Shown here: piece after piece, positions 12,752-22,777 of the stretch
Numbering within the stretch: the first letter of the stretch is position 1
How the letters are laid out: each line of letters begins with the position of its first letter
NCBI GenBank assembly: GCA_964035545.1
Contig: CAXIUT010000047.1
Coordinates: forward strand, 1 to 22,777
Source of the DNA: Bugula neritina
Lineage: Eukaryota; Animalia; Bryozoa
Reading direction: 5' to 3'
DNA length: 22,777 nucleotides
Made by a program: the position numbers and the translations under genes
The notes under the pieces: generated by a model
Seen by the model: only the letters and a program-made list of their open reading frames with translations
What the model was told of the DNA's origin: nothing
The model's database searches: none

Positions 12752-15700
12752 ATGGTTCTTCTACGATACCTCTTACCCTTATTGGCCTTAATCCTTCTCT
12801 TTCCTCTTTCGAAATCAATCTCCTCCACCACTCCAGTCTGGGTGGCTAGTTCTTTCTTCAAGTCAGGTACTTTTTTATCCATTCAGGTGCTAAAACAGTC
12901 GTCTTTTCTCCCTCAAGTTCTACATTCTAAAACACTACAATAACCTATTCAGTTCCTATGACAAGTACAAGTCTAAGACGACCTACTCTAGGCATCACTG
13001 ATTTGCAATATACTATCTCAAATTACATCAGGCTTTACCTTAGTATGTTGACTTACTCTACAACTATGCTTAAATTCAGCACTTCGATCAACAGTTCAGG
13101 TCTCTTAAGCAACATCAAAATAACCTATCTTGCTTTGGATAGTTCTTTTACCCCAGCTTGGAGTATGACCTCTTTTTTTCCAGTAAATTATGTGTTATAT
13201 AGAGAATAAGCAGAAATAGTAGTAGTGGATTTTCTGTGACTTACTTTGTCAACTTCACAAGATCTACTGGAGTCACTCTGAACATGAGTCATTAAAATGT
13301 CTTATTACCTTATATGCACTATATCCAAGTGTAAACCTACGATAACACTATCCATTTGGATCTTAATTTTGCACTTCAAAATGGAAGTTATTATAGGGTA
13401 GACATTTCAAGCACTTCAAACATGTATTGCAAATACGCAGGCTTTTCTAGACTGATTTTCGATAAAACAGACATTGAATCCCTGGGAAATGACTACTTTA
13501 ACTACGGCGTAATTGCCAATACTGGATCAGTATTACAAGTAACAATTCCGCCAGACATAATCCCTGAAAACCTTTTCTATGGAATGCATTCATTCAATAT
13601 TCAAAGCGGACTATCGTAATTATACTATACGTCAACATATAATGTTACAACTGGATTACTATAATACAACCATCAAGGAGGATACAGCTATGCTTAGATG
13701 AGATTTAGCTATATGCATCATAAAACTAGAACCTGTCCAGGAACTCATCCCTACTACAACATCTCAGAACTACTCTGTTATGATTAGTGCGCAGTTGGAT
13801 GGTACGCTGATCTCTCCACCATGACTTGTAAGCAATGCCTCTATGATTGCTACACCTGTACAAGTGCTAGTGCTTGCGCCACTTGCAATTCTACCCTACA
13901 CCATCGCACATTCAATGCCAACAGATGTCCAGCTTAGCCTGGCTACTTTGACAACGGTACTAACAGCTCAGTAGCCACTCCTTGCACCAGTCCATGTGCT
14001 ACTTGTGTTACCTCAGCCACATATTGTCTCACTTGTGTGACAGGTTACTACCTCAACGGTTCGACTTGTCTGATATGTAGTTCAGCCATTCCTGGTTGCC
14101 AGCAATGCACAAATTCATCCTTCTGTACGGTCTGCAATGATTCAACCAGCGGTGTTAGTTGCACTACTTGTTTAAATACCTAGTATAAAGTTGGATTTGG
14201 CTGCCATTCTTGTGCCACTGCGATCTCTAATTGCCATTCATGTTCATCTGCTACTGTATGTACTTTGTGTACTACTAGCTTTACACTCTTTTCTGCTACT
14301 AATTGTTCCTGCAACTCTTCACAGTATCTTACTGGTGGTTCTTGTTCTATGTGTTCAGCAGCAATCAGTAATTGTGAGAGTTGTTCAGATGCTTCTACTT
14401 GCACAAGCTGCCAAACTTCGTATACACTACTTTCTCCAACCAATTGCGCATGTAATACTAGCACTTTCCTAAACACTACAACATCTCTATGCTAAGACTG
14501 CATCACCATCACTTCATTTTGTGCTACCTGCAATATGCCAAACTGTACCTCCTGTCTCAATAATTTCACTCTTACCAATGGAACATGCACTTGTCCTGCT
14601 GGTTTCTATGGAAGTACATCCACAAATGCATGCTAAAGCTGTACTTCAATTACTTAGTGTGTCGAGTGTACCAATGGATCCTTTTGCACTCTTTGTGGTA
14701 CTGGATTTAAAGCCAATACTACAACAGGAATCTGTGATGTACAACCTTGCACTATTGCCCATTGCGACACCTGTTCAGCTTCTAATACCTCTATCTGTGA
14801 AGGTTGTTATTCAGGCTATTCTGTTGCTACTGGAGGCACTACTTGCACATCTTTCTGTGGAAACTCTGCTATTGGAACAGGTTAAACTTGTGACGATGGT
14901 AACACTGTCTCAGGAGATGGATGTTCATCGAGTTGTGAGGTTGAAAGTGGTTTTTCTTGTGAAAATCAAGTTATCAATGTAACAAATAAATATTCTGGAT
15001 GTTACTATAGCGATGCTATTATCTTTACTAATGTTTGGATAAGAAAGTTTTAAGGCAATAACTCCCTTAAATTTTAATTCAAGCTTGCTAATTAAATAGA
15101 ACAATGGAAAACTGTTGACTTTAAAAGCATCCTAACCATCAATCAACTCGACACCACTTCACATCTATCAACAGGAAATATTGACTCAATGATTAGCAAC
15201 TACGATGTAGGATATAAGTAAGAATCCAACAGATTCTGGGTAATAGTTGACTATATCAATACTGATATGTAAAATTAGTATCTATCTTTCGAGTTGACTC
15301 CCTATGCCCATAGTACTTATCCAGCCTTCACTCCTCCAAACAACGTAGAATTCATTCCCGCTAACATCTTCCTCAGACTGACAGTTGTTGCCAACAATAA
15401 CCAAAATGCCAACCTCTACTCTGAGTATTAATACTCACTCTATGATATGAGTTTTGTCATCACTTATGTCATCACAGGAATGACTCTGCTTGGCTTATTT
15501 TTGTCTTTGATTTTCAGAAAAGGAATTTTGATTATCATGGAAATGCTAGCTGTCATGCAAATTACCTACTTCTCACTTGCTTCTCTGGAAAGCATGAATC
15601 CTGCATTTAGTGGTTTGTTACCTTTGAGGTATCTTGCAGGCATTCTAACCTTCTAAAATGTTGAAGAATACCTCGAACAAACTTCTTCTCCCAATTAAAT

Positions 15701-17066
15701 GAAAGGCATCTATATGTTTTTAAATCTCACAGATAACTTCAGCTGGGTAGCTGTGGGTCTGGCATGTTTCTTAGGTCTAGGTCTTCTCTTGCTAGGAATA
15801 TACTCGCTTATAGATAGATGTTCTAATCCTGACACTATTATTGAAGATAGTAAGCCAGCATAATAGAGGAATGGCTACTGGATGTATCGTTTAGCTTTTC
15901 ACTTTATTGGAGAGTTATCTTTGTCACTAATCTTTATATGTGTTCCTTTGTACATGGTGAGTCTTTTCTTTTAAGCTCTTTTTACTACTGAAAGTTATTT
16001 TTGGAGTTATGCTCAAGGACTTGCTGTAGGAATTGCTATTTTAATATACTTCATTGTTCTGATAAAATCAGATCCTGCGAAAGTCCATAAAGGTACAAGT
16101 TTTGCTAAACTCGGAGACTATATTACATAATTCAATTCTATTGGTATTTTTACAGTTTTCAAGTATGTTAATTTACAAATGATAGAAATCCTTATCATAT
16201 CAGGACTAGTCATGGCTACTATTTACTCTGATAGTAAAATATTCTCAGCTATGTGTATCGTTTTCTTTTCAGTGGTAGATATAGTGCTTGTGGCAGTGAT
16301 CAAACCTTATAAATATGGTTTTGTTTCATGCTTTAAAGGAGAAGACAACTAAACCTAGATGCTGTTCTAAAAGATCGAGTTGTATAAAATATATAAGCAT
16401 GAACTACCTGATGTTATACGAGTAAATAATCCTGACACATAGACCCAAAAAAGTTAGTAAAATGAAAACAACAGCTAACTTTTCATGCAACATTACAACA
16501 CTAAGAAGGTATAAATTAAATCAAAGCACCAAGGACTCGTCAAAGCAGGATAAACTCTCAACCAAACTAAATTGTTCCTATTCAACCACAACACCAGAAG
16601 AATCGTCAACTTATCCACTCTTATTATCAGTCAGTTTGTCTTCATCTGTGCTAAAATATATAACGAAGAAGTCAATAAAAGTTATCCTGGACCTACCATG
16701 TACAATGTCCTGGCTATTTTTGTACATATTGGTTTGTTTATCAACTTGACCTATAATTACTCGATGCTCTTCCTCCAAATAGCAAATCGAACAAAAGATA
16801 ATACCACAAAAGTATAAAATGAGCATGAACCTTAAATGACTGAACAATTTAATAAATCTCTTTATTCACAAACTCCAATAAAGAAGCCTCCTTCTGAAGC
16901 TTCAGATTTGCAAACAACCTTCCAGACGAATAAACTGATCATAAAGAATAATGCGAATGCTCATAGTCTTTATGACTTGAAGCGACCTCAAATTATAAAA
17001 CTGAATAAATCTTTGCAAGTTCCAAGAAAACATAAAAGAGATCTGACTAACAGAGTGATAGAATGA
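12752..17066 (+). CDS. Large surface/membrane protein: signal peptide, furin-like CxxC repeats, Myxococcus-type Cys-rich repeat, C-terminal multi-pass TM region, about 1424 aa
   Basis: Hydrophobic N-terminus MVLLRYLLPLLALILLF. 20-nt introns 12867-12886 and 13183-13202. CxxCxxxxxCxxC repeats about 13730-14860; CG..ETCDDGNTVSGDGCSSSCEVESGFSC about 14855-14960; about 6-7 hydrophobic helices 15450-16800 with MQITYFSL and IKPY; TGA 17064-17066. Joins seven fragments of the supplied ORF track into one gene. Confidence 0.9.
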
Positions 17067-17133
17067 TTACTAAATATTATACTTATCTTATTTATACTTA
17101 TCAAAAATATAATATTTCAAATAAAGTGTTCAA

Positions 17134-20100
17134 TCATTTAAGACTATTTTATTTCAATGAACTATACAATGACTCTAAATTGGGATACTCCTTGATTGTA
17201 TTGATAGATTGATCTATTTCTTCAACACTCTATTGAGCAGATAAAGGCTCCTAAAAATTACTCAATATGTCTTCTTCATCAATATCAATAGGTAGCTCTG
17301 ATCCTCCTTTTCTTGAACCATCTCCAAACAACTAAGATTGATTATCAATGTATTATGAACCAAATGGAGCCTAAGATTGCTATCCTTCAGATTTTATAAT
17401 TTGTATTCTGTTGATATCTACCATCATCGAATCGTCATCTCCTTTATCTACTTCGTCTTGATCATCTTTTTCTCTAACGAATACACTTTTGATCGATGTA
17501 ATATTTTTAGATTTTTATTCAGCACGAGCCCATTTAGAAAACTTCTTTGCTTAATTAACAGCACTTATCACATTCTCATCGGATGGAAATTCTTCAAGCA
17601 ACAATCGAATCAAAGCTCCTTTAAGAGGATAACTATCAATATGACCTCCGATTTGTCTTTCTAGTAATGACAAGTTTTTGAAGATTCTATGTTTGTATTC
17701 TAGTCTTTCTTCTTTTTTAAATATTTAGTTATCATATTAAAACATAGAAGTTTGTTCTCTTTTATTTCTGATATAGATAGATAAATTTTATTATCCATTA
17801 TTTTATTTTTTTAATTTCTATTCCAATTTCATCCTTTTTTGTTCCATTTTTTTCTGTCTTTCTACCTGACAATAAGGCCGAGCTGTTAAATTTTGCAACT
17901 TAATCAATGCATACTTAATACACTGATCTAATTTTTTTTCAACCAGCTAGAAATCATTCCACTTGAGATTTTTACCATATTTTTATACCAACTTATCGCA
18001 TAGAGATTCATCAGCATCAGTATTGTTGAGATGTTATTAACAAAGAAACAATTATTCTTATCTTGTCCATGTTTATATTAATTTTGATGGTTTGATTGAT
18101 TATTTGGAAATATTTATTTGAGATTGTTATGTTTTTTATTATCTTTTGGCTCCTCTGTTTAGTAAATGACCTCCGCAAATTATATGCTTTCTTGTTATAT
18201 CTTTGCTAAATTTATATCTCGAATCTGTCTATTTCTTCTTACTTTCAGTCAGTGATGCAGAAACTGTTCTTTTCTACCTGTTTATAGTATTATATCCACG
18301 CACAAATGCCTAGAGCCTTCTATACAAAGTTGATATATCTTCAGCAGTAACATTTTCCAGGTAAGAGTCATCGTTATCAGAATGCATTAAAGCTACTATC
18401 TTTTCTCTGAAATGAACATTAGCTTAGGAAAGCAATCTATTACTTGATCTAATTCTATGCAACTATCTCACAATTTCTACTTTTTAATCTTCTTGCCATT
18501 CCTTTATTTTACGTTGGCATCTGTATTGCACCTGATATGTAATTAAATCTAAAACACGATAGAAAAGACGTCTCAAGTGAAGTCTAACATTTCTTAAACG
18601 GCTAAATAAATATATTATTACAATCCAGGAAGTTCCTTCATCATCTCAGGATAATTACCACCATCAATAGCAAACAAATTTATTATTTTTTAAGAATCTT
18701 ACTTACTAAATTTAATTTGTTCCATTTTAGCACGATCTTTCTTACTATCATACTACCTTTTTACTTTCTTCACTTTCTTTGTCTTCTTTTTATCATGATT
18801 TTAATTTTAGTCAGATTGATTTTATTCATCTGAATCGCTCTCATTATCTGACTACTTTTTTACTTTTCTTGATTTCTTTGTTTTCTTCTTCTTTAAAGGT
18901 ACTTTTTATCCTTATTCAATTTTAGTCTCAGTTTCTTTTGATACTTTCTTGCTTTTAGTTTTCTTTGGTTTTGGAGGTTTAACTGTTTCTGTTTAAGATT
19001 TTACTTCATCTTAGTTATCACTTTATTAGCTTTTTTATTTCTTCTTTTTCTGCTTTTTAGAAGAAGATCTCTTCTTTCCTTAATCTTAAGAATCAGCTTA
19101 ATTATTTTTCTTCTTTTTCTTTTTTGATTTTTATTTATCTCTCTTTGAAGATTTATTTTATCCTTTATTTTTCTTTTTCTATTATTTCTAAGTTTATATT
19201 TGTTTAGAATTCTCTTCTTCTTTTTTCTCTGGTTCTTAAATTTAGATTTTAACTTCAGGTTCCTAAGTTAATTATTTTTATTTTTGATCTTGATTTTAGC
19301 TCTTTTAGCCAAGCCTACTTTTTTAGCCTTTAATAGTCTTTGGTCCTTATCCAACTATTTGATCAATCATTTTTCTTTGTTATTCTTTTGGAATTTTTGG
19401 AACATCTCTAAATGGACCAGCTCTGAATTATCCCCATGCTCTGCTAGACATTTTATTCAAATAGTGACATTTCTTTTTCACCCTAAATCTCTTATTCACT
19501 ATCATCTGTTTCTCAAATATACTTTAACGCTTGCGTTTTACATATCCTGGCTTTCTACCCCTTCCTTTTGGCTTTTTATCATCTTTTTGTATCTTCTTAG
19601 ACTTTTTCTCGGGTACTTATGGCTCCTCTTCCTCTTTATTATCTTATTAACTATCTATGTTAGGTTATTCTTTTTCATTTTATTACTTTTATTTTTATTT
19701 TGAACTTTTTTTATGTTTCTTTTATGGTTTTTATGCTTTAGATTCCTTTTATTTGGCTGAAATTTATTCTTCTTTAGGCTAATCTGGAACTTCTTTTTAT
19801 TTTAAATGTTTATGTTTCTTTTTATGAGATTTTTCCTTTGTTTATGAACGATCTTTCTTCTTCTTAGATTTTTTCTTTTCTGATTTATGTTTTTTCTCAA
19901 CTTATTCTTCTTCTTCTTTCACACTTGATTCTTTTGCCTTTTTATGTTTATTTACCTTTTCCTATGATTTTTACTCTTTCTTTTAGCTTTTCTATTCTCT
20001 GTGTTTATGTTTTTTCTCCTTCTTTCTTTTCTTTTTTTCTTATTTATCTTCCTTCTATATCTAGTCTTAATGTTGACCATTTTTGATTTCTTCTTTAGTT

Positions 20101-20294
20101 ACTTTTTTCTTTTTATTTTATATATCTTTTACTTCATGTATAACTCTTTTGATTTATCGACCATTTTATCCTTAGACAACTTTTCTTTTGACTATTTTAT
20201 TTTCATCATCATCCGATATATTGTCTTACTAACTGTGAATTCTTTTCCTGCTGGAAGGTAGTTATGGCATTAGGATTGAGATTGATGATTACAT
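17134..20294 (-). CDS. Lys/Glu-rich nuclear protein with AT-hook-like motif and Myb/SANT-like domain(s), about 1046 aa
   Basis: Continuous frame from ATG 20294 (or 20270), one 20-nt intron 18602-18621, TGA 17134-17136. KPKGRGRKPG near 19545-19575; KFSKEDSEKIINLFAIDGGNYPEMMKELPGFRLRNVRLHL about 18560-18715; a second Myb-like start WTREEELFL near 18070. Confidence 0.78.
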
Positions 20295-20543
20295 AGAATA
20301 ATTTATTTATCAATGAGTAGTATCTTTATAATTTGCTCATTTTGTCACAAGACGGGTAACTTGTAATTTATTGCTTTCTTTTTGAATTCCTCGAAAATTT
20401 GTACTTTCAGATCAATATCATGAACCAGATATTTTAAATAGGATTCAAAAGTCTCTTAATTTTTCTTCTTGAGTTTGATAATTTTTCTTATTTTAATATA
20501 AATATTGATATGTAGTAGTAATTATTGTATCGAATCGTATCAA

Positions 20544-21388
20544 TCAATCAACAAAGACATACAACTTATTAAGTTTTTTAATATCTTTTTCAATATCTTC
20601 AAGTTGTTTCTCATAATCTTGGGGTTGGGGTTGGGGTTGGGGTTGGGGTTGGGGTTGGGCATGAGTCTTTGCTTGATACTCTCTGTTGATTTCATCCCAT
20701 TTGCGTTTCAATCCATCTCTGATTTCTCTTATTTCTTCTTCACTTAAACATTTTCTAAATTAATATTGATCTACTTCTCATCACTGTGTTGCATGTGAAG
20801 GTTTTGAATCATAGTATATTCGTTTTGAATGTTGTCTTTGATTCTGTTTAAATAGTCAGGAGTTTTACCGAAATCTTGTTTTTTCAAGTAGTCTATTGAA
20901 TCTTCTTTTTTCTTAGCAATAGAAAGAATGTTTTCAATAGCGTTGGTGACAATGAAGTTTTTGTTAGATTTTAATCCAAGGACAGGTTTATCGGTAGCTT
21001 TAGGGACATCTTCTTTTTTGTGTCTGCAATCATAAGAGAAGTTTCTAACTATGATGAGGGGATCTATACCTGGTGGAAGAGTTTAATTTCCCATAGTTCC
21101 TGTATGTTTTTTTGTGAAGTTATCAGGTTGTGGTTTTCTGTCTCCTTTGACATGACCTAAAGTTTTTGAATCTCCATATTCTGTGTGGGCTTGAAGTCCT
21201 ACTCCAAATTATCCACCGAGATTTGCAACCTATTTCAGTTATACTTGTACGCCTGGTTTGGAAGTGGTATTATGACAGAAAGTGGAGCCGGTAGGTTTGA
21301 CATTTGGAGGGAATTTTGATTTATAGAGAGGTTGTTTGGCTGGTGGGTTGTATTCTTTTGGAATTATGTTATAGATGGACTCTTCCAT
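20544..21388 (-). CDS. ENKUR: Enkurin-family ciliary protein
   Basis: MEESIYNIIPKEY..YKSKFPP..STF..TTSKPGVANLGG, KPVLGLKSNKNFIVTNAIENILS, YLKKQDFGKTPDYL, LSEEE..GLKRKWDEINREYQ..EKQLEDIEKDIKKL..YVFVD-TGA. Intron 20755-20774 (20 nt) is required; 21049-21069 and 21230-21250 (21 nt each) are probable. Confidence 0.9.
20619..20659 (+). repeat. Internal telomeric tract (TTGGGG)6 TTGGG inside the enkurin CDS
   Basis: Read directly from the sequence. On the minus strand, with base 20660, it reads GCC CAA (CCC CAA)6 = AQPQPQPQPQPQPQ in the enkurin frame. Confidence 0.97.
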
Positions 21389-21513
21389 TTGTTATTATTT
21401 TTTATTTACAACCTAAAAATACAACTTATCTGCTTTCTATTCTATCCATAATATCAAATAACTCATCCCAATAATTCATCAACAATTCATCAACTTTATC
21501 TTTATTATTATCA

Positions 21514-21906
21514 ATGTAAAAACTACTCCCAAACCAAAATATTAATTCTTTTTTTACTTAAATTCTCAATAACCAACCAAAAAACAAGAAAAAGGTTTTA
21601 ACCATTTAACTCATAGTCTACTTTTAAAGAAAATAATCTGAAAAACATCGATAGTGGAATCACCTCGAAGTCTAAACTATTATAAATCAAGCTATCCAAA
21701 AACATGTTGGTAAAGTAGGACTTGCTCAGTTGACCTACTCAGTTGAACGAGTATTTCCTTATGATAGCAAAGCTACAATCATCATTCCTCATATAAATAG
21801 TTAAGGTTTTTGTATTTTCTGGACTGCACTAGCTTTTAATGGCAAAAATAAAGTAGAACTTAGATAAATCAGCTCAAGATAAGTCAAATAAAATGATTTT
21901 AAATGA
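21514..21906 (+). CDS. Probable Rpp14/Pop5/Pop8-family RNase P/MRP subunit, 130 aa
   Basis: ATG 21514, TGA 21904-21906. IINQAIQKHVGKVGLAQLTYSVERV..SKATIIIP..SEGFCIFWTAL resembles, from memory, the Rpp14/Pop5 pattern (helix, G..G, strand, strand, LW.SL). Confidence 0.55.
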
Positions 21907-22420
21907 TATTTAAGTGAAGTTAAACAATACTACTTTTTAATTATTTAGAAATAAACAGCAGTTCGAGTCAAAAAAAGATGTTTCTAGTTTCGTAGAACTA
22001 GTAAAACTCCAGAATTTGAAAAATAACAATTCTATTGATAATAAGCTCCTTGAAATAGTTATTAAAAGTAATATTATATAAAGTTAATATAGTTCTTTGA
22101 ATGAAAAGTTGTATTATCTTTTGTATAAAGAGATCTTTTGTTCTATAAACATCAAAATATTCTTTTATCATTATCTTAACGAATAATACTTGCTATAAAG
22201 TTATAAAATCATTGAATATGTTTGTTTTCATTGTTCTAATCTTCTTTACAAGATTTTATCTAATTTTTTTTTACAAGGATAAATCTGTAATTAGAAACTA
22301 AAACAAGCTGAACTTTTTCTTGTTTTAAGCTTTTAAGTAAGTAAATCATCATAATCAACATCTTTATTATTTTGCTAAAGTTAAAATCTCTCTTCAAGTG
22401 GCTCTCCTTTGTTTTTTTGA
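21893..22420 (+). CDS. Possible hypothetical protein, 175 aa; model uncertain
   Basis: TGA-free frame MILNDIEVKLNNTTFELFRNKQQFESKKDVSSFVELVKLQ.. It overlaps the upstream gene by 14 nt and overlaps a competing minus-strand ORF. Confidence 0.3.
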
Positions 22421-22485
22421 ATATAATATGGATTAGGCATCATGTTAAGGTTTTACTTGTTCTCAATTTTCTTTTCTGAATTCAT
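22228..22485 (-). CDS. Possible short hypothetical protein, 85 aa; model uncertain
   Basis: MNSEKKIENKENLNMMPNPYYIQKNKGEPLEERF.. to TGA 22228-22230, purine-rich on the minus strand. It would extend to 21968 if 22285-22304 is a 20-nt intron. Confidence 0.3.
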
Positions 22486-22618
22486 TAATAATTTATTATA
22501 GATTTTGTTTCATATAATGAGTTAATATATAAGATATTACTGAAACTAGTTCAATTTTCATCTTTAAAAATAAAATAATTCATATTTGTAGTAATAACTC
22601 TAAAAATAATCATCCGCA

Positions 22619-22777
22619 GGGGTTGGGGTTGGGGTTGGGGTTGGGGTTGGGGTTGGGGTTGGGGTTGGGGTTGGGGTTGGGGTTGGGGTTGGGTTTGGGG
22701 TTGGGGTTGGGGTTGGGGTTGGGGTTGGGGTTGGGGTTGGGGTTGGGGTTGGGGTTGGGGTTGGGGTTGGGGTTGGG
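22619..22777. repeat. Right telomere (GGGGTT)n
   Basis: Tandem GGGGTT to the end of the window, with one GGGTTT variant at 22691-22696. Confidence 0.98.

Noticed and set aside
13730-14960. CRISPR-like or tandem DNA repeat, or a mobile element
   Set aside because: The periodicity is only at the protein level (Cys repeats). No transposase, terminal inverted repeats or spacer array was seen anywhere in the window.
20295-20543. Unusually long spacer that might hold an ncRNA or small ORF
   Set aside because: No convincing ATG-initiated ORF, snoRNA box arrangement or stem structure was identified.
20619-20660. Telomerase RNA template
   Set aside because: A template has about 1.5 repeats; this has 7 tandem units embedded in a protein-coding exon.
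20505-20747. Plus-strand ORF containing LGLGLGLG
   Set aside because: It is the telomeric tract read antisense to enkurin, with a non-ATG start and a TAA end that is not a stop in this code.
194-21906. Pseudogenes or frameshifts suggested by the many TAA/TAG codons and frame changes
   Set aside because: All are explained by UAR=Glu plus 20-22 nt introns; no programmed frameshift is needed.
21955-21980. GTTCGAGTC B-box-like motif suggesting a tRNA
   Set aside because: No cloverleaf stems or A-box could be found; the context is very AT-rich.

Overview
This AT-rich 22.8-kb window is a telomere-to-telomere ciliate macronuclear chromosome, with (C4A2)n at the left end and (G4T2)n at the right end. 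TAA and TAG both encode Glu and only TGA is a stop (peritrich-type code, NCBI table 30), so the supplied ORF track is almost all fragments or antisense noise. Manual re-translation gives about 13 tightly packed genes with 20-22 nt GTA..AG introns: a 2OG-Fe(II) oxygenase, a pseudokinase-MORN protein, a CHY zinc finger, a divergent Sec24, a divergent GlnRS, a Cys-rich multi-pass surface protein, a Myb/AT-hook protein, enkurin, a probable Rpp14/Pop5-family protein and several orphans. The most unusual feature is two internal G4T2 tracts of the same polarity (7335-7415 and 20619-20659). Both sit inside coding sequences and preserve the reading frame; the one in enkurin appears to replace about 14 conserved codons with A-Q-(PQ)6. 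They could be real telomerase-written patches or alternative chromosome ends that overwrote the assembly consensus, and only raw reads can decide. All protein calls come from manual translation and motif recognition, not database searches.
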